The notes: a model not told the origin generated them from the letters alone. DNA of 64,000 nt from Pristiophorus japonicus (GCF_044704955.1 NC_091991.1:33356001-33420000); one strand, 5' to 3'; numbered from the stretch's first letter, positions 23,675-36,657 are shown. Translations and numbers: made by a program.

Positions 23675-24215
23675 CCTCCTGTGTGGGACACTGTCTGGGA
23701 TAGGGACCGGCCCTGTGTGGAGCACTGTCTGGGATAGAGGCCGGTCCTGTGTGGGGCACTGTCTGGGATAGGGACTGGCATTGTGTGAGGCACTGTCTGG
23801 GATAGGGACCGGCACTGTGTGGGGCAAGGTTTGGGATTTGGTCCAGTCATGTGTGGGGCAAGGTCTGGGATAGGGACCGGCACTGTCTGGGATAGGGACC
23901 GGCACTATGTGGGGCAAGGTCTGGGATTGGGACCAGTCATGTGTGGGGCACTGTCTGGGATAGGGACTGGCACTGTGTGGGGCAAGGTCTGGGATAGGGA
24001 CCGGCACTGTGTAGGACAAGGTCTGGGATAGGGACCGGCACTGTGTGGGGCAAGGTCTGGGATAGGGACCGGCACTATGTGGGGCAAGGTCTGGGATAGG
24101 GACAGGTCCTGTGTGGGGCAAGGTCTGGGATAGGGACCGGCACTGTGTGGGGCAAGGTCTGGGATAGGGACCGGCCCTGTGTGGCAAGGTCTGGGATAGG
24201 GACCGGCCTCCTGTG
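23675..24215. repeat. 34-bp minisatellite, ~15 units
   Basis: Unit GGGGCAAGGTCTGGGATAGGGACCGGCACTGTGT; CTGGGATAGGGA recurs at 23955 and 23989. Confidence 0.95.
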
Positions 24216-24515
24216 TGGTACAGGCAGCGCGTTATTTTTCAGTGACAATTAATATAGAGCACGTTTTAAATCACAAAGGCCGTCATTTGTCGGATCTGAG
24301 CTGAGCCCCATGCCAGACGCCTATCCTGTGCTGCGCGATGCAGCCATCGCCCCAGGAAAGGCGCAGGAGGCCAAGATCGAGCAAAACACGGCCAGGCCCT
24401 GCCGAGAGGAAGTAATCGAGGAGGAGTTCAATGCTTTTACTTTACTCTGAGGTGCAACTTTATGACTGCTCGTCTCCGTGCTAACCGTGAAATCGACGGT
24501 AAAATCCTCACTTAC

Positions 24516-24590
24516 CCGCGTCACACCAACCACCAGCTCCGACACGTGAGGACTCCGGACTACACCAAAGGATTATGGGATCTTGGAGGT
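24516..24590 (-). promoter_or_regulatory. LLPH: Probable LLPH non-coding exon 1 and promoter
   Basis: CpG-rich patch; strong minus-strand donor GG|GTAAGT at 24515; E-box CACGTG at 24543-24548; ZNF143-like GGATTATGGGA at 24570-24580. Confidence 0.65.
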
Positions 24591-25106
24591 CTCCTCAGAT
24601 CTCCCAGTCCTCCTCCTCCAGTCCCTCAGGTCCCGCGCAAACAACCAGCTCATTGCCAAATCACTGAACAAGACATTTACCACAGACTATATTAAAACAA
24701 ATAATCAATATGCATGTTATTATTTATTTGATATTTCCGTGCTTAGCAATAATTATTTTACCGATAGGAAATATAGCACGCTTACTGTTGCTCTGCCTAC
24801 ACTTAATCAGCGCTGACTGCGCTAAGAGTCGAAGCAGAGATTATTTTTTTGAAGATATACTAAAATGTACAATTATCTTGACTGTTTTATAGTTGGTGTT
24901 GACAAAATTCAGAAGAAAATCTGATATTTTAATTTATAACCTGCCTTTTATTTCTTGATTACATGTTTGGATTGCTTCAGTGGTGATTGTTAGTGTTAGG
25001 TTATAAGAGAATGTTCTAATGTGTACTCAATTCGTACTCTATTGGAACTTTCATTTAATGTGATAGGCAACTTGCATCCCACAGCTTTCCTGATGTCCAA
25101 AATAAT

Positions 25107-25713
25107 GGGCCAGAATTTGCTGCATACACAGCATTCCCTGTTGAGTTGGATTTTTTGCCCCCTCAGCCTTGAGCTCAAAAAAATATTGCACCACAAATTG
25201 CTGGAAGTATGATTTGATAACAGGGTCAACGGGGCATCCAAGACCTTGGTGAATGACGGGACCAATAGTCTATCTCCTTAACCAATGAAATTTAAGGATA
25301 AAGAAACAGCAAACAACAGAGAAGGCAATATGGTGAATTAAAGTCTAATTAGATACTGAGAGAGGGAAAGAAATACTGGATTAGAAAGAATGGATTACTT
25401 TAAAACATTAAAAAAATCTCAAGGAACCTACAGGAGTGACACTTTACCATTTCAATTGTTCCCTTTCTGGGCCTCTGAGGTAGAGTAGCATTGCATAAAG
25501 AAATCTAGTCATTGTGAAATATCAGCCCTAACTTTCTGCAGCAAGTGCAAATCCAGCAATGTGAGGCTAACGGTGGAGCGGTACAAATCATCCAGCAATT
25601 TGTGACCATACTCAACTCAGATATATCTTTTCCTCACCCCAAATTGCTGTTTTTTTACACTAATAACGGTGGGGTCACAAACTCGCCATTATTTTCCCAG
25701 CAAATGCTGGGCC
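25107..25713. mobile_element. Harbinger-type MITE, family C
   Basis: TIR GGGCCAGAATTTGCTG / CAGCAAATGCTGGGCC (14/16 match). Flanks AAT/ATT. Confidence 0.7.
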
Positions 25714-26773
25714 ATTATTAGTTATTTTTAATTGTTAAACAAAAGAACACATTTCTAAACTAGACATGTAAACAGTATCCAGCCGATTGAAAGGTACCCC
25801 TCACAGTGCCTATTGCAGTGAGTGCAATGGGAAGAATAAAATCCCAGAGACCTTGGCATAAATAACAAAATACAATGACATTCCACAGGATTATACCATT
25901 CTCTCACTTTAACTTCAGTGGGATACTGCAGGAATCCCAAAGGAAATGGTAGAAATGGCCATTTTCAGCTGTTTACACTATTTCCTTGGCGGTCTGCTAA
26001 TCTAGTACTGGAGCAACACAAAACGCTTATGCACCAACCTACAAAGTTTTCAAAGGCTTAATGAACAGATTCATGAAATCTGTCAACTCTTTAAAAAATG
26101 TACAATGGAGTGGTACTTGTGCTGGTTGTCAAAGTGTAGGAGAGACAAGATGATAATATTGCAATTTTTGCAACAAGAGCATGGCTAACTTGTATATTTA
26201 AAAAAATGCTGATAGTGAAGTCAAGGGAATTACATGTCAGATATATTCAGTAAGCCAAAATACAGGCATAAAAGGTTCTATGTTTGATTCCCAGGCTCAC
26301 TATAATTCCTGGTTATTGTATAAGTCAAACTCTGGTTTATAGAGGGTTTGCATCTGGGAGTGATTTGTGATGCTGAATCCAATATGTACTGTAACAACCC
26401 AAAAATAGAACATCTTGAGTGCAAGTACACATGCACAGAGCTTTCTGATCCAGAGAATTAATTTGGTGCCACGCGGAATAAAATCATCATCTTCCAGACT
26501 GGAATCATTTCTCTAACCAGTTTTAAATCATTATCTAGAATGCAATATTTGCATTGTGACATATTGTAAATCATTTTTATATCTTGCTCCTAAGCATTTA
26601 TTTCCCTATTTAAACACGGCAATATGTCATTTCAATTGTGGATGCTAATAAAAACATTTGGACTTGTTGAAAGTAATGCAGGACATAAAGTAGGGCTGTG
26701 AATGCAATTTAACACATAATTGAACATAAAATCTACTCAATACACAATGAAGCAAATAAATGGGAGCATTGTT

Positions 26774-26998
26774 ACATAGAATGTACAGCACAGAAACAGG
26801 CCATTCGGCCCAACTGGTTTATGTCGGTTTTTATGCTCCACATGAGCCTCCTCCCACCCTACTTCATCTCACCCAATCAGCATATCCTTCTATTCCTTTC
26901 TCTCTCATGTACTTATCCAGCTTCCCTTAGCATGCATTTATGCTATTCATCTCAACTACTCCTTTTGATAGCAAGTTCCACATTCTAACCTCTCTGGG
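26774..26998 (-). mobile_element. CR1 3' end fragment
   Basis: Reverse CR1 3'UTR, GGCCATTCGGCCCAAC. Confidence 0.7.
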
Positions 26999-27654
26999 TT
27001 GAACCAACCTTCATGCTTGGCCTACTTTAAAAGCATTTGCAGGTCATGCTGTATTGAAAATGGGACATGTCATATCACAACTAGGTCACATAAGATCACT
27101 ACCGATGAAAAGAGATGCTTACATGCCAGAGTGTGCCATTTTATAAATCATAAGGAAAAAGGCAGAAAAGGGACTTCAGATTGGAGTCCAAACAAATAAT
27201 TTATCGAATATTAGAAGTAATAAACTTTGAATACCATGTTTTTAAAAAAACAGTCTTGAGTGAGACAGGGACTGTTCAAGAGACCTCATGGTCAGGGAAA
27301 GAACACGAAAATTACATATTTCTCAATAACAAATGTCAATTGAATTGTTTTGGGTCTTTTAATGCTTTATTAAAGCATTAAAATTCTCATCCTGGTTTTC
27401 AAAACCCTCCATCTCTAACCTTCTCCACCCCTACGACCCTCCATGATCTCTATACTCCTCCAATTCTGGCCTCTTGCACATCCACGATTTTCATCGCTCC
27501 ATCATTGAGTGGCCATGACCTTCAGCTGCCTAAGCCCCTAAATAAAAGAGGTATTTCACAATTGGTTGCCTAGTGCGGTACAAGATACACAAGTTATTAT
27601 TTAATACCTTTTAAAAATAGCCACTTTCAAAAAGGAACGGCAAACTGCACAAAT

Positions 27655-27660
27655 TTTATT
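27655..27660 (-). promoter_or_regulatory. Candidate TMBIM4 poly(A) signal
   Basis: AATAAA on the minus strand, ~510 nt after the stop codon. Confidence 0.4.
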
Positions 27661-28170
27661 CAAAGGGATGACTTGCATTCAATTGAACAAAAAGGATTTT
27701 TACAGAATAGGATTTCAACCTATGAGCATTCAAATAATTACAAGAGAGGTATTGCATAAAAAAGGATAAGAAAACAATCCTTCATTGAATTCATGTCAAA
27801 TCCAAATTGCTTTCTCCCAGTTTAGCATCAAATTTCAATGTAGAAAGACTTAAAAAAGGTTTAAACAATCAAAATTCAAACCAAACATAGCTGACAAAAA
27901 ATGTTACTGGATTTGGAGTCTAGATTGGTGCTCATTCATATTTATACACATTTTTCTTAAACTATTCTCCCAAAAGTGCCCTTGATTTCCCTCAAGGAAA
28001 AACTGTACAAATTTACTCAAAATTATCTACACCATACAATGAATATAAATATGATCCATTAAGAACAAAGTCATCCAATAAAACAAATCAGCAAGTCTGT
28101 ACACAAAGTGCATCCCATTACAGTTTTACAGTTAGAGACATATTAAAATCTTTCTCTTTAATAATTTTAA

Positions 28171-28377
28171 TTACTTTTTGTTAAGCGATTGCAGGATTCG
28201 GAGGATATGTAGGAAGAGATTAATGACATCCAAGTACAAGTTAATTGAAGCCAGTACATATTCTTCAGGTGAAAGTTTGTGCATCAGTACGTGCGTATCA
28301 TAGATGATAAAGCCGCAGAAGACGAGAGCACCTGCAGATGCAAATACAAGCTCCACTGTGTCGTTCAAGAAGAACAG
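28171..28377 (-). CDS. TMBIM4: TMBIM4 exon 7 (last)
   Basis: Acceptor tttacttcag. Encodes [59 protein letters not shown]...KK*. Confidence 0.97.
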   Translation of the reverse strand: MFFLNDTVELVFASAGALVFCGFIIYDTHVLMHKLSPEEYVLASINLYLDVINLFLHILRILQSLNKK

Positions 28378-28818
28378 CTGAAGTAAAGCAAAAGGCATTA
28401 GAAATCTGCTTAAGGCTGATGCCACTGTAACAAATATGAAGCATTTTTTGTCTATGATGTTATGGTATTACTTTCTTTCCTGGTGACTGTACAGTTTTAT
28501 AACCAGGTTCCTCACAACTTTAATTTACAAAGTGTTTTTAATGTAGAAAAAAGTTCCATGGTATACAGAAACAGAAACTAACCCAACTTGTTTTGAACAG
28601 CCACAGAATATAAACATTGGCTCAGTCTTTGATTGGGACAGGGCACCCTGACCTCAAGTGACATTCCAGCACCAGGAGGGGATACAAAAAGGTCAAAGAT
28701 TGGCTGTAATGATGAACAATCAATACAAATCAGGAGTAAATGTACTCTAGCTGGAGAGTACAGAACATCACATCTGAGCTTGTCCCCATCAATATTAAGA
28801 TCAATCTCGTTCCAGCAT

Positions 28819-29182
28819 TAAGAACATAAGAAATAGGAACAGGAGTAGGCCATACGGCCCCTCGAGCCTGCTCTGCCATTCAATATCATGGCTGATCTGA
28901 GCATGGACTCAGTTCCACTTCCCTGCCCGCTCTCCATAACCCCTTATCGATTAAGAAACTCTTTATTTCTGTCTTAAATTTATTCAATGTCCCAGCTTCC
29001 ACAGCTCTGAGGCACCGAATTCCACAGATTCAGAACCTTCTGAGAGAAGAAATTTCTCCTCATCTCTGTTTTAAATGGGCTGCCCCTTATTCTAAGGTCA
29101 TGCCCTCTAGTTCGAGTTTCCCCCATCAGTGGAAACATCCTCTCTGCATCCACCCTGTCAAGCCCCCTTGTAATCTTATATA
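28819..29182 (-). mobile_element. CR1 3' fragment
   Basis: RGLDRVDAERMFPL..RRNFFSQ and reverse tail. Confidence 0.88.
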
Positions 29183-29293
29183 AAGTATTGTTCTTTCCCT
29201 GTAGGAGCAGTGAATGTACTGGGCTATTTTCACCAGAGGGAACCAAACCTGTCATGTGGAGTACCTCACTGGTGCAGGATTAATGACTTAATC

Positions 29294-29576
29294 CTGGGGT
29301 CACAGTCTAAGCATAAGGGGTAAGCCATTTAGGACCGAGATGAGGAGAAACTTCTTCACCCAGAGAGTTGTTCACCTGTGGAATTCTCTACAGCAGAGTT
29401 GTTGATGCCAGTTCGTTAGATGTATTCAAGAGGGAGTTAGATATGAACCTTAGAGCTAAAGGGATCAGGGGGTATGGAGAGAAAGCAGGAAAGGGGTACT
29501 AAGGTGAATGATCAGCCATGATCTTATTGAATGGTGATGCAGACTCGAAGATCCTATTCCTGCATTTATTTTCTAT
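29294..29576 (+). mobile_element. CR1 3' end; tail split by a MITE and continuing at 30747-30760
   Basis: GGGGTCACAGTCTAAG..TTTTCTAT, then the MITE, then TATGTTTCTATG. Confidence 0.85.
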
Positions 29577-30746
29577 GGGCCCAAGTTTCCACACGATAAA
29601 AAACGGGCGCCCCTCCGATCTGGGCGCCCGTTTTTCGCACCTAAAACGGCGCCTAAAAAAAAACTCGCGATTCTGGAGCGTTCTGCAGCTCCTCGTCTGC
29701 CTGGCACGGCGCCCAGGGGGGGCGGAGCCTACACTCGCGCCGATTTTGTAAATGGGAGGGGGCGGGTACTATTTAAATTAGTTTATTTCCTGCCGGCAAA
29801 GCTGCGCGTGTGCGTTGGAGCGTTCGCGCACGCGCAGTGTGAAAAAAACATCGGCACTCGGCCATTTTCGTAGTTCTTTGTAGCTGTTTAATTTTTGAAC
29901 ATTTTTTTTTTAAATAAAAGCACATTGCCATCAGCACTTGCAGCCTTCTCACTGTCCCCCCCCACCCCCCGCGGGAAGAACGGGCGCCTCCTCCCCCCCC
30001 CCCCCCCCCCGCCCCGCGGGAAAGAACAGGCGCCTCCTCTCTCCTCTCCTCTCCTCTCCTCTCCTCTCCTCCCCCCCCCCCGCGGGAAAGAACAGCGCCT
30101 CCTCTCTCCTCCACCCCCCCCTCTGCGGGAAAGAACGGGCGCCTCCCCTCTCCTCTCCGCCCCCCCACCACGGGAAGAACGGGCGCCTCCTCCCTCACCC
30201 CCGCGGGAAAGAACGGGCACCTCCTCTCCTCTCCCCCCCGTGGGAAGAACGGGCGCCTCAGGCTGACTGCAGCATTCTCCGTGCCTTCACACAGGTAGGA
30301 AGATGGTTTATTTAATCTTTTCTTTGCTTATAAATGTTTATTCAGGTTGGATTTATTTGTATAATATTTGTAGAAGTATAAATAAGGATTTATTGTAGAA
30401 TTTAATGACTTCCCTTCCCCCCCCCACCTCGTTCTGGGCGCCTAATTTGTAACCTGCGCCCGATTTTTTAATGTGTAGAACAGGTTTTTTCAGTTCTACA
30501 AAAATCTTCACTTGCTCCATTCTAACTTAGTTTGGAGTACGTTTTCACTGTGGAAACTTTGAAATCAGGCGTCAGTGGCCGGACACGCCCCCTTTTGAAG
30601 AAAAAATTCTGTTCCAAAGTAGAACTGTTCTACCTGACTAGAACTACAGAAAAAAAAAAGTGTGGAGAATTGCGATTTCTAAGATAGTCCGTTCTCCACC
30701 AGTTGCTCCTAAAAATCAGGCGCAAATCATGTGGAAACTTGGGCCC
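29577..30746. mobile_element. Harbinger-type MITE, family A copy 2
   Basis: Perfect TIR GGGCCCAAGTTTCCACA / TGTGGAAACTTGGGCCC; TSD TAT; internal CCCCGCGGGAAAGAACGGGCGCCTCC repeats at 29955-30260. Confidence 0.92.
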
Positions 30747-31017
30747 TATGTTTCTATGTTATCTGTCAGGACCCCACTTTTATGTCAGATACAATGGAGT
30801 ATATCCTTGCAGCACTGAAGCTGGTCAAAACAGATGCTAGTAGAGAATCCTATGTAACTCATGAAAGGATTTATAAACCGATTAGTAAAATATTTCAGAT
30901 TTGCTTGTACAAACTAATGTCTCTAGCCACGTTTATAACAAAATCCACTTTAAAAAGTATCAATTTTATGATTTAGAACAACTAATTCAGTTACAATTTA
31001 AAACAACTAATACTTAC

Positions 31018-31063
31018 TCTTAAAAATCCAGCCAGGATCAAAATCCAGAGACATGTAAAGAGA
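31018..31063 (-). CDS. TMBIM4: TMBIM4 exon 6 (46 bp)
   Basis: Acceptor tctttag, (G)LFTCLWILILAGFLR, donor gtaagt; phases are consistent. Confidence 0.93.
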
Positions 31064-31393
31064 CTAAAGATGACAAAATAAAAATAAATATCTTGGCATT
31101 TAGTCATTATCCTATGTAGATTACATGTTGACATGTACTCTAATCATTAAAAATTATATGTGGTAACTCAGGCTAAGCTGCACCTTCAGAACTGTGGGAA
31201 CTAAGATGTAATGCATAAGTAACTCTCCTATTTTATAATAGATATTTTGGTAAAACTCCTATAAGTTACATGAATATACAAGCCAGTCATTAATAAAGTG
31301 CATGAAATCATGAAGGTGCAATACATTTTACAATATATTTGCTTTTTAGTACAAGAATTTATCTAGATTTGAACAAGATCAGAGAATGCGGAA

Positions 31394-32500
31394 CCAGGGG
31401 ACAAGTAGCAGGGTGGATAGCCAGCTGGCTTCAAGACAGAAAGCAGAGAGTAGGGGTAAAAGGTAGCTATTCATAGTGGCAGAAGGTGGGTAGTGGTGTT
31501 CCACATGGATCACTATTGGTCACATATATACCAACAATTTAGACTTTGGAATCAAAAACACAATTTCTAAATTTGCAGATGACACCAAATTGGGGGGAGA
31601 AGAGTCAATAATCAAGTGGACTGCAACAAATTACAGGAGGACATTAATAAACTTGCAGAATGGGCATATAATTGGCAATGAAGTTCAACACAGATAAATG
31701 TGAGGGATTACATTTTGGTAGGAAGAATAGAGAGGTCACTTATTACTTGGAATGAGCCAGTCTAGTGGGATAGAGGAACAAGGGTATCTCCGAGTACAAA
31801 TACACAAATCACGAAAAGTTGCGGCACAGGTTAGCAAGGCCATTAGAAAAAGTAAACCAAGCACTAGATTTATTTCTAGAGGGATAGAATTGAAAAGTAG
31901 GGAAGTTATGCTAAACCTGTATTGAACCTTGGTTAGACCACACTTAAGAGTACTGCGTACAGTTCTGGTTGCCATATTATAAAACGGATATAGAGGCACT
32001 GGAGAAGGTGCAGAGAAGTTTTACAAGGATGATACCAGAAATGCGAGGGTATACATACATATCAGGAAAGGATGAACAGGCTGGGTCTCTTTTCTCTTGA
32101 AAAAAGGCTGAGGGGTGACCTAATAGAGGTCTTTAAAATTATGAAAGGTCTTGATAGAGTGGATAGAGAGAGAATGTTTCCTCCTGTGGGGTAGAGCAAA
32201 ACTAGAGGCCATCAATACAAGATAGTCACCAAGTAATCCACTAGGGAATTCAAAAGGAACTTCTTTACCCAAAGAGTGGTGAGAGTGTGGAACTCACTAC
32301 CATAGGGAGTGGTTGAAGAGAATAGTATAGATGCATTTAAAGGAAGGCTTGACAAGCATATGAGGGAGAAGGGAACAGAGGGTTATGCTGATAGTTAGAT
32401 GAAGAAAGATTGGAGGAGGCTCAAGTGGAGCATAAACGGCGGCATAGACTGGTTGGGCCGAATGGCCTGCTTTGTGTTGTATATCCTATGTAATCCTATG
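31394..32500 (+). mobile_element. CR1 RT and 3' fragment, divergent subfamily
   Basis: ISKFADDTKLG at ~31563; ATGTAATCCTATG tail. Confidence 0.85.
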
Positions 32501-33457
32501 CAAGAGTTAGTCTTTCAGATTAAATATATTAAAGCATCTGTGTTTGGGGCAAGTTTGGCTTTTGAACTGAATCCAAAGTTACTGTTTTAAAACCCCACAC
32601 GGTGGTACTTAACACATTTTCACAATTTGGTAATTACAAGTAAGTATTTACAGGACTGATACGGTTTTCGCCTGCTCAACAAACTTTATAGTCTCACAAT
32701 CATGGTCATGAATATTCTGGCATTACATCTAACAACTTCAAATGGCTTTTCACCAAATAATTCTTATCAATGCAGTAGTTATAAAACAATATCAATCAGC
32801 AAGGCTATCAGTACATTACAGGTAAAAATTAAACAGAAATTTGTACTATAAATATAAATAAGAGCATACAAGATTTACGACTCTTTTCACTTCCCCTTCT
32901 GAAGGTAGTAATTTATGGTATGATATGGTTCCACTGGAACATGCAGCCCTTCAGTACTTTACCCACGAAGCAATTCTTTGAGTGAATGTTGGCAGGCTAT
33001 GCAACTACTATAATCCTGCCCTGAACCAATATCCACTTTCACAGTAAATATACTTTGTGCAGTGCGGTTAATAAAATAAAGATAAATTATTGTTGTGAGC
33101 TTTGTTATCTGGTGCACAAATGAGGCTCCTATCATTAGAGTTAACGGTGTATACTGAAGCCACAATGTGGCAAGAGGTAAGCTTGTGCCAACAATTTCCC
33201 AAATGGAAATCCTTGATCTCAGCCAGGTCACTGGAACAGATGTAAGAGCAGGCCAGAGGACAAGTGGCTTCAGACCACAATGGAGCACTTTCTAGTGGTC
33301 AATTATACCCAAACAGCTATTCCCAAAATAAGTTAGCTGCAAATTTCTTCTGGAAAGGGAATGCTGAGTACTCCGGGGTCCTAAAATGGTGGGAGAGAAA
33401 AATAAACCTTTATGCAGAATTTTAAAAATAAATCCAGTCTTTTTCCAGTGCACATAC

Positions 33458-33575
33458 CCTGCTCCATATTTACTGAAATCTCTCTTCGACTGAAACGTGT
33501 AGACAGTCAATGCAACAAATACAGCAGTTGTAAGAACAAACGCTTGCAGAACCACTGAATAGTCATAGAAAGTCA
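33458..33575 (-). CDS. TMBIM4: TMBIM4 exon 5 (118 bp)
   Basis: (V)[38 protein letters not shown], flanked by AG and GT. Confidence 0.96.
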
Positions 33576-35754
33576 CTAAAAATATAAAAGAACAGATTTA
33601 AAACATGGTTATCACAGAACTTCAAGATAGGCGCTTCACATATTTATATCTCTGAAGCAACACTCGATTTACTTTCAGTGTCCTATAGGATTAGACACAA
33701 GATGACTGATTAATACAAGCAATTCCATATAGATGAACAAAAGATGCGGTGGAGCTCTCTCAAGTCAATTTGTGAAATTAAACAGTTGGTTGTTTTTCCT
33801 GCAAGCACTATGGAACATAACCAGACTTTTTTGGTCATGTCACACAGTGTTCTCAAACAAATTAACCCAATAGGAGTGTCAACAAGAGCAAATTAATTTT
33901 GCTAAGCAATGTCAGATAACTATTCATGAATTTGAATATTAATCCAACCTCTCAGTTCTTTTGGTCAGCCAGGGGGTCTGACATACACAGTAATCCACCA
34001 TCATGTTTAAGAGTCTCCAATTCAAGCTACTGGAAAAACTACATTCACCTGCAGATGTTCCGTTTACCTACAATAAAGTAGACACTCTCTCCCCATAAAG
34101 ACACATCCCACTTTCCCATATCCAGAGAGCTACGTTGCGGCTGAGGCTAGACTTAGAAACTCCCAAGTGTGCACAGAGGTCCAGTGGAATTTAACAAGCT
34201 AAAACTGCAGTTTACCAAAGCAGAGCACTGTCAGTCCTGGTCCAGCTAGGATCACCCTATCAATTGGGGTTATCTGGTGCTATTGCAGGAAAAATTCAAG
34301 TTCCACACTGACAGATTTGATTAGATGCAATATACAGTATTGTGGGCCTGCTTGGCTCAGATATCAAGACTGCTCCCAAAACTGCTAGTGAGGATTAACT
34401 TGGTTCGAAACTTCAATTGCCAAATGTATCATCTTGGAATCATACTGATACCAAAAATAATCATCATCCCCTCCGCCTGAGGAATTATAAACCACTCAAT
34501 CTTATAGCACTTGAACTCCAAAACTGAGTTACCTTCCTGCAATTTTGAGTTAACTAGAATTTGTGATTTGCTAGAAAAGCTGACCGTAAACAGGATTCAA
34601 TCTAGAAATTTCCCTAGATTTTAATAATGCAGATTGTAAAGCCATGTATCTGCCACAAGATGTCAGCACTACACTTTGCAGGTAGAAACTAGGCTTGGGC
34701 CAGGTTTTTCGGATTTTGAAATGTGTAAATGTGCTGAGGGAAGTGCGTGGACAGGATCCATGGCAGGTCGGTGAAACTAGCATACAATCCAGCTCCTATT
34801 TTTAATCAGCATCCAAGTCAGAACTGCTGATACATTATTACATTTTGGGTAGCACAAACATTATACCATAATTCCTTTAAATTGTTGGGAGTGAGGGGAG
34901 GGACGAAAGTTACTCCCAACATGAGAAGTCAAGTTTAAAAAAAAAGATTGTAAGAATATAGATATGTTTTTACATTATTTTAATACAGAACAGCTAATGT
35001 AGACAGAATTGGTTTAAACTGTGTGCTTGCAAATTCTATCTTTTCCCTTCAATGGTGCTGATAACATTGGAGAAGGATGAATTTCAGGTCTGAAGATATT
35101 GCACTGCAAAGTTAGGCACATACAGATTATTAAATAAATAAGCTGGTTGGCATTAATGATATAATATGGAGCTAAAAGCATTATTAGGTTATAACACAGG
35201 CTTTAAAGTTTTTTTTTAAATTTCAGCAGTGGGAGTATAAAAGAAGGAAATTACTACATTATCAATAAAGGAATAGTTCCTTTTACTATTAGAGATTGCA
35301 AGAGATAAGACGTCAAAGCCTTATACAACTAGGACGCAACTCGTCAATGACTGGAAGCATTCTGTGCATGTGCACTTCCGGTTGCGCAATATTTAGCATT
35401 TAGTCGTCGTCTATAAACACTCCGATACAACAAAGGCTATAATTCTAAAAGAGCAATGATAGGATGCAAAGATACAATGTAACAGGAACAAGGCCCCCAT
35501 AATTGTCCAGCAATCTTTTCAATGAGCTACAGGTCATTAAAAAAAAGTATAAAATGTGACAACGTTTCACTCAGTAGGAGCTTTTGACTGCCTTCAAGAC
35601 AAGGTAGTGTGAGCCATGCTCACGCTTCCCGCTGAAGTCCTCTACACGCAAGGCTCTGTATGAAGTTTTAAATGAATGTTTTGAAACAAAAATAATGAAG
35701 TACATTGTCGGACATATTACTGACTCCAGCTTTTTGAATCTGTTAAAAAGGTTG

Positions 35755-36657
35755 TGAGAAGCTGTGAGGAGGATGCTAAAAGGCTGCAGGGTGACTTGGA
35801 CAGGTTAGGTGAGTGGGCAAATGGATGGCAGATGCAGTATAATATAGATAAATGTGAGGTTATCCACTTTGGTGGCAAAAACAGGAAGGCAGAATATTGT
35901 CTGATTGTGACAAGATTAGGAAAAGGGGAGGTGCAACAAGACCTGGGTGTCATGGTACATCAGTCATTGAAAGTTGGCATGGTACAGCAGGTGGTGAAGG
36001 CAGCAAATGACACGTTGGTTTTCATAGCGAGAGGATTTGAGTATAGGAGAAGGGAAGTCTTACTGCAGTTGTACAGGGCCTTGATGAGGCCACACCTTGA
36101 ATATTGTGTACAGTTTTGGTCTCCTAATCTGAGGAAGGACATTCTTGCTATTGAGGGAGTGCAGTGAAGGTTCACCAGACTGATTCCTGGGATGGCAGGA
36201 CTGACCTATGAAGACAGACTGGATCGACTAGGCTTATATTCACTGGAATTTAGAAGAATGAGGGGGAATCTCATAGAAACATATAAAATTCTGACGGGAC
36301 TGGACAAGTTAGATGCAGGAAGAATGTTCCCAATGTTGGGGAAATCCAGAACCATGGGTCACAGTCTAAAGATAAGGGGTAAGCCATTTAGGACTGTGAT
36401 GAGGAGAAACTTCTTCACTCAGAGAATTGTGAACCTGTGGAATTCTCTACCACAGAAAGTTGTTGAGGCCAGTTTGTTAGATATATTCAAAAGGGAGTTA
36501 GATATCACCCTTATGGCTAAAGGGATCAAGGGGTATGGAGAGAAAGCAGGAATGGGGTACTGAAGTTGCATGATCAGCCATGATCATATTGAATGGTGGT
36601 GCAGGCTTGAAGGGTCAAATGGCCTACTCCTGCACCTATTTTCTATGTTTCTATGTT
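35755..36657 (+). mobile_element. CR1 3' fragment
   Basis: ORFs 35754-36167 and 36192-36563 encode the RT C-terminus; TTCTATGTTTCTATG tail. Confidence 0.92.

Noticed and set aside
23675-24215. CRISPR-like array, or a 239-aa repetitive protein (ORF 23468-24187)
   Set aside because: The 34-bp units are contiguous with no unique spacers, in a vertebrate intron. The ORF is a by-product of the VNTR.
29773-30315. Gly/Pro/Arg-rich ORFs here and at 10196-10760
   Set aside because: They are translations of MITE-internal minisatellites and the N gap.
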